In this document: positions 47,348 through 55,946 of the stretch, piece after piece | How the letters are laid out: every line of letters starts with the position of its first letter | How positions within the stretch are numbered: the first letter of the stretch is position 1 | Notes under the pieces: model-generated | The model's input: only the letters and a program-made list of their open reading frames with translations | The model's database searches: none | Told to the model about the DNA's origin: nothing | Program-made: the position numbers and the translations under genes | From: Candidatus Latescibacterota bacterium | Lineage (GTDB): Bacteria > Latescibacterota > UBA2968 > GCA-2709665 | Length of the DNA: 64,000 bases | NCBI GenBank assembly: GCA_965248435.1 | Contig: OZ252100.1 | Coordinates: forward strand, 5,056,001-5,120,000 | Direction of reading: 5' to 3'

Positions 47348-48499
47348 ATGGTCACAACCGCAGGGCGTCGCAACATGCTCGAACAGGTCGTCGCCTTCTC
47401 AAGGGCGCTTCACGGGGCGGGTGTAGAGGTGAATTCGGGAAACCTGATCGATCTCTGCCAGAGCCTCCGATACGTGAATCTGTCCGATCGAAGGGACTTC
47501 TATGCGGCCGCCCGCGCCACGCTGGTGTCCCGGTATGACGACCTTGACACTTTCGACGAGGTGTTTCGTTTCTTCTGGGAGGCAGCAGACCGGGTCTTCG
47601 TTGAAGAGCCGGACGAGACGGCGGACCTGAATCAGGAGAGCGAGGTCGAAGGCGAGCTGGACTGGATGGAGAACGCCGAGGACGCGGACGAAAGCTCCGA
47701 GGACGGTGAAGAGGAGTCTGACGCGGTCAGTTACAGTCCGGAAGAAGCGTTGATGGGCAAGGACCTGGCCGGGATGTCGGACAAGGAGGTCGAGAAGGCC
47801 AGGCGCATCATCTCGGAGATCGTCGCGATCCTGGCCAACCGGCGGAGCCGACGGCGAGTACCCGAGAGACGCGGTCCGGAGCTCGATTTTCGGAGGACGT
47901 GGCGGAAGAACGCGCTCTACGGTCGAGACGGCTTGGCACTGGCCATGCGTCGTCGCCGGATCAAGAAGACGAAGCTCATGGTCCTGTGTGACGTGAGCGG
48001 TTCGATGGATTGTTACAGCCAGTTCTTGATCCAGTTTATCTACGCCATGAAGCGGGAAATCCGAGACGTCGAGGTGGGTGTATTTTCGACGCGGCTGACC
48101 GTCATCTCCAGGCTGTTGAAATCGAAGGGCGTGGAGGAATCGCTGCGTCAGGTGTCGAAGACCGTGCAGGACTGGGCCGGAGGTACGGACATCGGGGGTT
48201 GCCTGCGCGAGTTCAACGACCGCTTCGCGAGAGATATGTTGAGGTCGCGCACCGTCATGATCATCGTAAGTGACGGCTGGGACCGCGGAGATGCGGACCT
48301 CATGCGCCTGGAGATGGAACGACTTCAGAGGCGTGCCCACAAGCTGATATGGTTGAACCCCCTGCTGGGCAGCCCGGGCTATCAGCCGCTCTGCCTGGGG
48401 ATGAAGACCGCACTGCCCTATCTCGACTATTTTCTGCCCGCTCATAACCTTGAAAGCCTGATACAGCTCGCGAAGACGCTTCGATCGGTCTGGCACTGA
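47348..48499 (+). CDS. VWA domain protein (CoxE-like)
   Basis: DVSGSM, FSTRL, WAGGTDIG, SDGWDRG and WLNPL. Confidence 0.9.
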   Translation: MVTTAGRRNMLEQVVAFSRALHGAGVEVNSGNLIDLCQSLRYVNLSDRRDFYAAARATLVSRYDDLDTFDEVFRFFWEAADRVFVEEPDETADLNQESEVEGELDWMENAEDADESSEDGEEESDAVSYSPEEALMGKDLAGMSDKEVEKARRIISEIVAILANRRSRRRVPERRGPELDFRRTWRKNALYGRDGLALAMRRRRIKKTKLMVLCDVSGSMDCYSQFLIQFIYAMKREIRDVEVGVFSTRLTVISRLLKSKGVEESLRQVSKTVQDWAGGTDIGGCLREFNDRFARDMLRSRTVMIIVSDGWDRGDADLMRLEMERLQRRAHKLIWLNPLLGSPGYQPLCLGMKTALPYLDYFLPAHNLESLIQLAKTLRSVWH

Positions 48500-48526
48500 G
48501 GCGCAGCGAACAAGGAGGTTCTGCAG

Positions 48527-49624
48527 ATGCAGGACGTATTCAAAGAGGCGCTTGGCCTGATCTCGGGCGGAGCGCGTGGAGCGCTTTCGACGATCGTATC
48601 GAGCACGGGGTCTCTGCCGATGAGCAAGAAGGCCAAGATGCTGGTCCTTCCGGATGGGAAGATTCTGGGGACCGTCGGGGGGGGGTGCCTGGAGGCGGAC
48701 GTATGGGCCGAGGCAAAAAGCGTGATGGATTCAGGGGAGCCGACGCTGCAGAAATTTATCCTGACCGAGGAACACGCGGGGGAGGGTGGACTGAACTGCG
48801 GGGGAAATGTAGAAATCTTTACGGAGCCGTTGTTCCCGGGACAATCGGAAGAGATTCTGGGCGAAATCGCAGCGATCAATGAAAGACGGGAATCGGCGGT
48901 GTTGGCCACGCTCGTTTCGGGAGATGAAATGGAGAGGTTGGGTCGTAAGCTCCTGATCCGTCCTGACCTCACGACGCTCGGCAGCCTGGGTGACGCCAAG
49001 GCCGATGGGGCGGTGCTGCGAGAAGTGAAAGATCTGGAGTCGATCCCCGAGGACCTGCTCGAGGTGATCGACCTGGAGCTTGAGCACAAAAAGATCAAGG
49101 TTTTTCTGGAATCGACCTGCCCCCCGCCAACGCTTTACCTGTTCGGGGGCGGACACGTCTCGCTGGCGATCGCCCGAATCGCGTCTACGGTAGGGTTCCG
49201 GATCGTCGTTGTGGACGACCGGCCCATGTTTGCGAGTCCGGAGCGATTTCCCATGGCCGATGAGACGCTTGTCCTGGAGATGGAAACCGCGTTCGAACAG
49301 ATCAACGTCGACGACAGGTCTTACGTCCTGGCCATCACGAGAGGACACCAGCACGACAAACCGGTGGTCGAGCAGGCCCTGCGAACAGACGCTGCATTTA
49401 TCGGGATGATCGGCAGCAGGCGAAAGATCGCGTTGATGTGGAAGGAACTCGAGGCGAAGGGGATCCCGCGTGAACGTCTGCATGCGGTACACGCACCCCT
49501 CGGTCTGGACATTGGAGCGGACAATCCCGAGGAGATCGCCGTGAGCGTTGTCGCCGAACTGATCAGCAACCGGAGATCCGGCGGCAAGCCCGCGCACGAA
49601 GTGCGATCGATGTCGGCGAAGTGA
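48527..49624 (+). CDS. XdhC/CoxF family molybdoenzyme maturation factor
   Basis: GTVGGGCLE, CGG, FGGGHV, TRGHQHD, GMIGSRRK and GLDIGADNPEEIAVS. Confidence 0.9.
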   Translation: MQDVFKEALGLISGGARGALSTIVSSTGSLPMSKKAKMLVLPDGKILGTVGGGCLEADVWAEAKSVMDSGEPTLQKFILTEEHAGEGGLNCGGNVEIFTEPLFPGQSEEILGEIAAINERRESAVLATLVSGDEMERLGRKLLIRPDLTTLGSLGDAKADGAVLREVKDLESIPEDLLEVIDLELEHKKIKVFLESTCPPPTLYLFGGGHVSLAIARIASTVGFRIVVVDDRPMFASPERFPMADETLVLEMETAFEQINVDDRSYVLAITRGHQHDKPVVEQALRTDAAFIGMIGSRRKIALMWKELEAKGIPRERLHAVHAPLGLDIGADNPEEIAVSVVAELISNRRSGGKPAHEVRSMSAK

Positions 49625-49803
49625 GCAGGGCAGTTCACGGGCAGAACCGGAAAGATCTTCCGCTGCGAAACCCGTCAGAAGGCGCATCAGGCTCGCAAAA
49701 AGGGGACCGTTCGTGGTCGTAGAGGCCGCATCCAGAATGGCCCGGGGTTTGCTTAATGACTAGGTCATCACACAGACAGATCTGCACGCCTTCGGAGGAC
49801 GCG

Positions 49804-50148
49804 ATGAACCTGGGACCCCTTCACGATGACAAGAAACGACCCTATCTCGATGCCGACATCCTGGGCGATCTCAGGACCAAGCAGCAGCTCATCACGGCCG
49901 CTTGCCAGTGTCTTGAGGATCACGGCGCGTATATCTTTTTTGATGGGCTTGCTTCTCTTGCGAAAATGGAGCCTGATACCCGAGAGCAGTTCTTGAATCG
50001 ATTCGAAAATTCGGGGACCTATCGAGCCGACGAGCTGGCAGCGCTGAGGAGGCTCGTGATGAGCGGGGGCGCGAGCGCATTCAAGGAGTTCATTGACCAT
50101 ATCAGGGAGATAAAGATCGAACAAGAGATTCAGGAGATGGCTTCGTAA
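49804..50148 (+). CDS. Hypothetical protein
   Basis: GGAGG RBS before ATG 49804; helical acidic protein; followed by a repeat and a terminator. Confidence 0.6.
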   Translation: MNLGPLHDDKKRPYLDADILGDLRTKQQLITAACQCLEDHGAYIFFDGLASLAKMEPDTREQFLNRFENSGTYRADELAALRRLVMSGGASAFKEFIDHIREIKIEQEIQEMAS

Positions 50149-50156
50149 AGCCCGTC

Positions 50157-50490
50157 GATCGTAAGGACCGGGCACCGTGAAAGCGAAACACGGGTACCGC
50201 AAATTCAGGCAAGGGGCAGGGCGTTTATAGACGCTCTGCCTTTTTTTATTTTGCCAATCTAATCAAATTATATATGTGGTAGGAGCCAACTCCTGTTGGC
50301 GAAGGTGAAAATCGCGCTCTTTCAGAGGCCGTATCGGGACGCGTATCTCGTATCTCGCGGGCCCGTGATCCTGCCGGTTCATAAGTTTCGCAGAATTCGT
50401 GTCCTACTTTCTTGCCCGTCTTTCTCAACTACAGGATACATGCTACGAGATACGCTTCACGGGATCCGAGATACGTTTCACGAGATACGT
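50157..50490. repeat. Mosaic: GGTACC-element copy, terminator-like hairpin, GTAG-REP and an inverted GAGATAC heptamer pair
   Basis: gatcgtaaggaccgggcaccgtgaaagcgaaacacgggtaccgcaaa; aaggggcagggcgt...acgctctgccttttttt; gtaggagccaactcctgttggcga; gcgtatctcgtatctcg versus cgagatacg x3. Confidence 0.75.
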
Positions 50491-51551
50491 TAATCAGGGA
50501 CGTCTTCTCTCACAGCGCGGTCGAGGAGTTCCTTTTCGGCAGCCTCTCTTGCCCGCGGTGTGCCTATCGGCGTTACCGTGACTCCTGGACCCGGTTCTGG
50601 AATCAGGATCCTCGAGGCCCCGGCTTCGCGGAGCGCGCTGACGATCGGTTCCGGATCCAGAGTCAGGGCGATAATGGTCCCACCCTTGCCTGCGCCGGCG
50701 AGCTTCGCTCCGAGTGCACCGGCACTCAGAGCGGCCTGGATCAGGCTGTCGACCCGGTCGCCCGCCCCGCCCAGGTCGCTCTGGATCTTGTGATTTTCCA
50801 CCATCAGCCGCCCGAGGTGTTCCCAGTCTTCTCGCAGGAGGGCGCGCTTGCCCTCACGCGCGAGCTGGGCGATGCGTCGGTAGCCGTCCACGACTTTTCG
50901 CTCTCCACGAAGCCAGCGTTCCCTGATCGGATTGTGCACGCTTCCCGAGTCTCGTCTCGTCCCCGTGTGCGCGATCACATAAGGGTGTTTTTCCACGAGG
51001 GTGTGTAGCGGTTCCATCGTAGCGAAAGGATCCTCCCCGAAGTCACTGAAGGACTCTTTGTCCCGAAAGTCCATGTAGTTCAGTCCCCCGAAGGTACACA
51101 TATAGGCATCCTGGTAGCCACAAAAGACGAGATGCCGCAGTTCGGCGTGGCGCGCCATCTCTGCACGCACGAAGATGTGTTCCGAGCGACCGACGAAGGC
51201 AAGCACGGCATTCATGATGGCGACGACCATCGCGGAAGAACTGGATAGACCTGCGCTGAAGGGGATGTCGCACGACCACTTGATCGAGAAGCGGGGAGCG
51301 TCAGGGTCGAGGAAGGCGAGGACCGCCTTTGCGACGTCAAAGACGCCCCCGTCGATCGTCAGGTCCCGGGGGTCCCTGACGACGCACTTCCGGCCCGCGA
51401 CCTCGAAACTCAGATGCTCCGCCGCCTCGATCAGGACGGCCGCCCGCTCCTTCGTGGAGCAGGAAATTACGCTGCCTCCATACATATCGGTGGGGTTTCC
51501 GATGATACTGGACCGCCCGGGGGCTGTCGATAAGAAGGTCTCTGTCGTCAC
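50490..51551 (-). CDS. GHMP family sugar kinase (glucuronokinase-like)
   Basis: APGR..IIGNPTDMYGG, IPFSAGLSSSSA, CGYQD and AKLAGAGKGG. Confidence 0.85.
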   Translation of the reverse strand: MTTETFLSTAPGRSSIIGNPTDMYGGSVISCSTKERAAVLIEAAEHLSFEVAGRKCVVRDPRDLTIDGGVFDVAKAVLAFLDPDAPRFSIKWSCDIPFSAGLSSSSAMVVAIMNAVLAFVGRSEHIFVRAEMARHAELRHLVFCGYQDAYMCTFGGLNYMDFRDKESFSDFGEDPFATMEPLHTLVEKHPYVIAHTGTRRDSGSVHNPIRERWLRGERKVVDGYRRIAQLAREGKRALLREDWEHLGRLMVENHKIQSDLGGAGDRVDSLIQAALSAGALGAKLAGAGKGGTIIALTLDPEPIVSALREAGASRILIPEPGPGVTVTPIGTPRAREAAEKELLDRAVREDVPD

Positions 51552-51658
51552 GTTTCCTCTCAGCCCTTGCTCCTTTTAAGGATCAGACTTGACTATTTTG
51601 ATCTCAACGTTTAAAGTTTTCCAGGGATACCGTTTCGCGGCCAATCAGAGGGAAGGTT

Positions 51659-52216
51659 ATGGCGGAAGAAGATCCGGAACAGGAAGAAGGTGGGGAGGAG
51701 GAGGAAGAACCCAAAGGGTCACGGCTAAAGCAGTTCATCATTTTGGCCATCATCGTCCTTCTGGGTCAAAGCGCGATCGCCTACGTCGTGGTTACCCGGC
51801 TTATTCTCCCCAAGCAGGAGGTTTCAAACGGCGAAGGAGAGGGACAAGTCGTGAGCCGGGTGTCCTCGGGCGAACGCGAGGAAATTCCGATCGAAGATCC
51901 CCTGTTGTTCCGGTTCGACAGGATCCTTGTTAATTTGCAGGATGAATATGCGCTGCGATACCTCAGCACCAAAGTCGCAATCGAACTGGAAAACCTGGAA
52001 ACGTTCGACGAACTGGTTGCGGAAGATGGGATTGTCATGGTGGAGGTCAAAGACCTGATCTACCGAACCTTGAACCAGATGCCCGTCAGCCAGACGGACG
52101 AGGCGCACGAACGGAAAAAGGTCCGCGACATCCTGAGGAGGAGGATAAATGCATCAGGCCTCCTGGAGAACGGGGAAGTCACGGCCGTCTACTTCGAGGT
52201 CTTTGTGGTTCAATAA
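51659..52216 (+). CDS. FliL-like flagellar basal body-associated protein
   Basis: Single TM; ILVNL..RYL; IN..L..GEVTAVYFEVFVVQ C-terminus. Confidence 0.75.
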   Translation: MAEEDPEQEEGGEEEEEPKGSRLKQFIILAIIVLLGQSAIAYVVVTRLILPKQEVSNGEGEGQVVSRVSSGEREEIPIEDPLLFRFDRILVNLQDEYALRYLSTKVAIELENLETFDELVAEDGIVMVEVKDLIYRTLNQMPVSQTDEAHERKKVRDILRRRINASGLLENGEVTAVYFEVFVVQ

Positions 52217-52236
52217 TAACCTGAGATAGCCTATAG

Positions 52237-52270
52237 AAAACAGCAGGGAGAGGAATCTCCCTGCTGTTTC
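52237..52270. terminator. Bidirectional terminator
   Basis: aaacagcagggaga-ggaa-tctccctgctgttt between convergent genes. Confidence 0.85.
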
Positions 52271-52293
52271 TGTTTTCGTGAAGCGTGAGTGGA

Positions 52294-52626
52294 TCAGTTC
52301 GTCTGAAGTACTGCCTCGACCTTTTCCACCAGGTGGTTTTTTGGAACTGCGCCAGTTATCTGATCTGCCAGTTTGCCGTCCTTGAAGATCAAAAGCGTGG
52401 GAATGCTCCTGATACCGAATTCTGAGGCCACCTTCTGTTCGGAATCGACGTCCACCTTCCCCACTTTCAGCCGACCTTCGTATTCCTGAGACAGCTCGTC
52501 CACGATCGGGGCCACCATGCGGCAGGGTCCGCACCACGTTGCCCAGAAATCGACCAGTACGGGCACCGCCGATTGGATGACTTCGGCTTCAAAGCTTTCA
52601 TCAGTCAGGGCTACAGGACCTGCCAC
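52294..52626 (-). CDS. trxA: Thioredoxin
   Basis: [13 protein letters not shown] and IRSIPT. Confidence 0.97.
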   Translation of the reverse strand: MAGPVALTDESFEAEVIQSAVPVLVDFWATWCGPCRMVAPIVDELSQEYEGRLKVGKVDVDSEQKVASEFGIRSIPTLLIFKDGKLADQITGAVPKNHLVEKVEAVLQTN

Positions 52627-52725
52627 TTTTTCACCGCCTTTCTATGCATTATTTCTGAGTAAGAATTCTGACGCGAAAATCTACTAAGTTTCTCGAACCT
52701 TGTCAAGTCGGCCGCCGGAAAGCGC

Positions 52726-53781
52726 TTAGGCGTAGCGTTTCCATTCGGATGCGTGGGATTCCGGCGTCTTCCCGCAGATCTGGTGGACCAGCCTGGACAG
52801 GATGACGTGCGCCGAGCTGGAACGCCATTTGAGTCGGTCGTCTGCTTCGAAGAGTGCCCGAAAGGCTGCCCAAAGGGTATCGTCGTCAAATCGCGAGGCC
52901 TGGTCCAGGTACTTCGAAAGGAAGTAGGGTGGGACCTTCAGCTGTCCGGCCAGCTGCCCCCTGGGTAGCCGCATGCCCTGCAGGGATCGTGCCTTCCTGA
53001 GGATCGAGAGGTGCCGGCCGAGGATGGCAAGGACGCCGATCGCGTTTTCCCCTCGATCCATCAGCCGTTTCAAGATGGCCAGGGCCTCGTCCCGTTGCTG
53101 GCTTCCGACCGCGTCCGCGAACTCGAAAGCAGAGGCACCCCTCGAAGCGTTTACAACAAAAGCGACATCATCGGCAGAGATGGTCTTTCTGCCGCCCGTG
53201 TAGATCGCGAGTTTTTCCAGCTCATTAGCCAGATCTCTCGGTTGCGGGCCTACACTCAAGTGCAGCAGATGCGCAGCCTCTGGTTCCATCTCTTTTTCGA
53301 GCGCCCTGGTGAGCTTTTCGATCCACTCCGGAATCTGGTTCTCGTAGGGGGTCTTGAACTCGAGAGAAAGGGCGGCCTTGCGGAGTTCCCGGAAGGTCTT
53401 CTTGCGCGCATCTACTTTATTCGCGGTGTAAATCTGGACTGTCGTCTCGGGCGGGGACAGAATGATGGGGAGCAGGGCCTGGGCCGAGGAATCGTGCAGC
53501 CGATCGACTCGCTTGATCACGATCACTCGGCGAGCGGCCATCATAGGGAAGGCGATGGCCCGGGCGAGGACGTCGGCGACGTCAAGGTCCTCGGAATGCA
53601 GCACATCCAGGTTGAAGGCCCGAGAGGCGGGATCGGTAGCCCGGTCGATGAGCTCTCTCAGCACCTCTTCTTTTTTAAACTCTTCGGGGCCGTGTAGAAA
53701 GTAGACCGACGCGAAGTCGCCCTTCCGGATTTGGGCAAGGGCCTTTGACAGCGGTGTGGGTGAAGCGGAACGCTTACTCAA
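52726..53781 (-). CDS. holA: DNA polymerase III delta subunit
   Basis: VYFLHGPEEF, FNLDV, PMMAARRVIVIK and NELEKL. Confidence 0.9.
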   Translation of the reverse strand: MSKRSASPTPLSKALAQIRKGDFASVYFLHGPEEFKKEEVLRELIDRATDPASRAFNLDVLHSEDLDVADVLARAIAFPMMAARRVIVIKRVDRLHDSSAQALLPIILSPPETTVQIYTANKVDARKKTFRELRKAALSLEFKTPYENQIPEWIEKLTRALEKEMEPEAAHLLHLSVGPQPRDLANELEKLAIYTGGRKTISADDVAFVVNASRGASAFEFADAVGSQQRDEALAILKRLMDRGENAIGVLAILGRHLSILRKARSLQGMRLPRGQLAGQLKVPPYFLSKYLDQASRFDDDTLWAAFRALFEADDRLKWRSSSAHVILSRLVHQICGKTPESHASEWKRYA

Positions 53782-53837
53782 GGCAGGAATCCACTTTGAG
53801 ACCGTGGAAAATTGCGAGGGGATCGAAAAAGGGGAGG

Positions 53838-54557
53838 TCAGCTAAACTTGTAGACTTTGTGCTGCTCTGCCCATCGCACGCCGGCCTTCTTCGCCTGACT
53901 GCGGAAGTTTCCGTGGTCGTCGGGGTAGTGCATCAGATAGATCTTCTTGCGGATCTCCTTGGGCAGCGTGGCGAGTTCATCCAGGCTTGCGTGGATCCCC
54001 CCCTTGAAGAACTGGCAGTCGTGGAAGATCGCCTCTGCCGTCGAACCGTAGCCTCGTAGCATGCTCGGCATGAACTGAGTGTCACCCGAAAAGAGGATGC
54101 GATTGTCGATCATCAGACCGCAGCAAAACTTTTTCGGCACGTGGAAGGTCGGGATGATCTCGAACCTCGTGCTCTCAATCTCAAATTCAGTCGGTTCCTC
54201 TATCACATGAAAATACCCGTCGAGCTCCATTTTTCCGCTGTCGATATCCTCGAGGCCTCCACGGAGAGAGTTTTCCCACAGCGTGTCGATCAGCTCGTGG
54301 GGAAGATGGAGCTTCGGTTTTCTCCCCCCGAAGAAAAACCGGTTCAAGAAAGCGCATTCTTCGAGTCCGCCGATGTGATCAGCGTGCGTGTGCGTGATGA
54401 AGATGTGATCGATGTCTTTGAACGAGCGCCCGGTATCGTGGAGGCTGCGCCCGGCAGAGGCCCCGCAGTCGATCAGGATATTGCCGTTGACGAGAAGGTT
54501 GGTCTGGTAATGTTTCTTCGCAAAGGCGCTGCCAACGCCGAGGAATTCTAGCGTCAT
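53838..54557 (-). CDS. MBL-fold metallo-hydrolase (RNase Z/phosphodiesterase-like)
   Basis: FLGVGSAF, IDCG, THTHADHIGG, FSGDT, FHDC and LMHY. Confidence 0.88.
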   Translation of the reverse strand: MTLEFLGVGSAFAKKHYQTNLLVNGNILIDCGASAGRSLHDTGRSFKDIDHIFITHTHADHIGGLEECAFLNRFFFGGRKPKLHLPHELIDTLWENSLRGGLEDIDSGKMELDGYFHVIEEPTEFEIESTRFEIIPTFHVPKKFCCGLMIDNRILFSGDTQFMPSMLRGYGSTAEAIFHDCQFFKGGIHASLDELATLPKEIRKKIYLMHYPDDHGNFRSQAKKAGVRWAEQHKVYKFS

Positions 54558-54593
54558 CCTGTACCTCTTCGTTTCACGCGGGCAAAAGATTTT

Positions 54594-54788
54594 TCAAGCG
54601 TCCAGATCCTTGAATTCGGCGTCCCGAACCTGTTCGTCCTGAGCCCACGCGGACTCCTCGGGCTTGTGCGAGGTGCTTGTCCGGTGAAGTCGTGTCCAGG
54701 ACTTTAAATTGCGGATCTTCTTCCTGACGATTGCGTAAGCCAGAACAAGAAGCAAACCAAGAATGAGAAGACGTAAGAGCATGGGCAC
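54594..54788 (-). CDS. Small membrane protein
   Basis: N-terminal TM; C-terminal VRDAEFKD motif; packed in an operon after purM. Confidence 0.55.
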   Translation of the reverse strand: MPMLLRLLILGLLLVLAYAIVRKKIRNLKSWTRLHRTSTSHKPEESAWAQDEQVRDAEFKDLDA

Positions 54789-54791
54789 GAT

Positions 54792-55835
54792 CTACACAAT
54801 CTGGACGGCGTGATCGGGATCTTCAACAATCTCACCTAAATGAAATGCGGACTCTCCTGCCCTTGAAAGGCTTTCCAATGCTCTTTCCTGTTGCCCGGCA
54901 GGGACGATCAAGGCCAAACCGACCCCCATGTTGAAGGTCTGAAACATTTCCAGATCCTCGATTTGTCCGACCTCCTGCAACAACGAAAAGATGGGCGGCT
55001 CCTCCCACGCGCCACGCCGGATTCGTGCTCCCAACGGCTCCGGCAGGGCTCTGGGCAGGTTGTCGATGAGCCCCCCTCCGGTGATGTGCGCCATTGCTTT
55101 TACATCCGTGGACGCCAACAGCGGCAGCACGGATGGGACATAACAGCGGTGCGGCGCCATCAGGCCCTCCCCCACGGTCGCGCCCAGCTGCTCGACGTGG
55201 GTGTCGACTGTCAAACCTGCTGTTTCAAACAAAAGTTTGCGTGCGAGGCTGTATCCGTTCGTATGGAGGCCCGTAGACGCGAGTCCGATCAAGAGGTCGC
55301 CGGGACGAACGCGGGATTCGTCTATCAACTTCTCCCTTTCCGCGATCCCGACAATCGTTCCGGCCAGGTCGTATTCTCCCTCCGCATAGATCCCCGGAAG
55401 TTCGGCCATCTCCCCCCCGAGGAGCGCACATCCGCACGTCTTACAGCCCTCGGCAATACCTCTGATGACCTCCTCGACTGTCTCGGGGTCGTGGCGGCCC
55501 ATGCCCAGATAATCCAAGAAAAAAAGGGGCCTGGCCCCCTGGACGAGAATATCATTTGCACAATGCGCGACGATATCTGCTCCGACGACGTCGTGGTCGC
55601 CCGTGATAAATGCGATCTTCAACTTTGTCCCCACACTGTCTGTACTTGCCACGAGAGCAGGTTCCGTGTAATCCTTCCAGGGGGGGACGTAGATGCCGCC
55701 GAAACTTCCGATGTTGGACAGCACCTCTGAGCCGAGTGTAGATCGAACGACCTCACCGATCCGCTTCTTGGTTCGGTTCGCAGCATCGATATCCACACCC
55801 GCTGCTGCGTAGGCCTTCTGTCTGACCACGTGCAC
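54792..55835 (-). CDS. purM: Phosphoribosylformylglycinamidine cyclo-ligase (AIR synthase)
   Basis: YAAAGVDI, TDSVGTK, FFLDY, GGEMAELPG, GLHTNGYSL, HITGGG and TFNMGVG. Confidence 0.97.
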   Translation of the reverse strand: MHVVRQKAYAAAGVDIDAANRTKKRIGEVVRSTLGSEVLSNIGSFGGIYVPPWKDYTEPALVASTDSVGTKLKIAFITGDHDVVGADIVAHCANDILVQGARPLFFLDYLGMGRHDPETVEEVIRGIAEGCKTCGCALLGGEMAELPGIYAEGEYDLAGTIVGIAEREKLIDESRVRPGDLLIGLASTGLHTNGYSLARKLLFETAGLTVDTHVEQLGATVGEGLMAPHRCYVPSVLPLLASTDVKAMAHITGGGLIDNLPRALPEPLGARIRRGAWEEPPIFSLLQEVGQIEDLEMFQTFNMGVGLALIVPAGQQERALESLSRAGESAFHLGEIVEDPDHAVQIV

Positions 55836-55946
55836 CTCGGAGGTATATCAGGAGGGGGCCTTGGGGAAGGAAAGGTGAGTGACCCACAATCGCGTGACAG
55901 GCAATGCTGCTGCCCCGAGTGATCAGGTCAGCGGCTTCGTTGTGTA

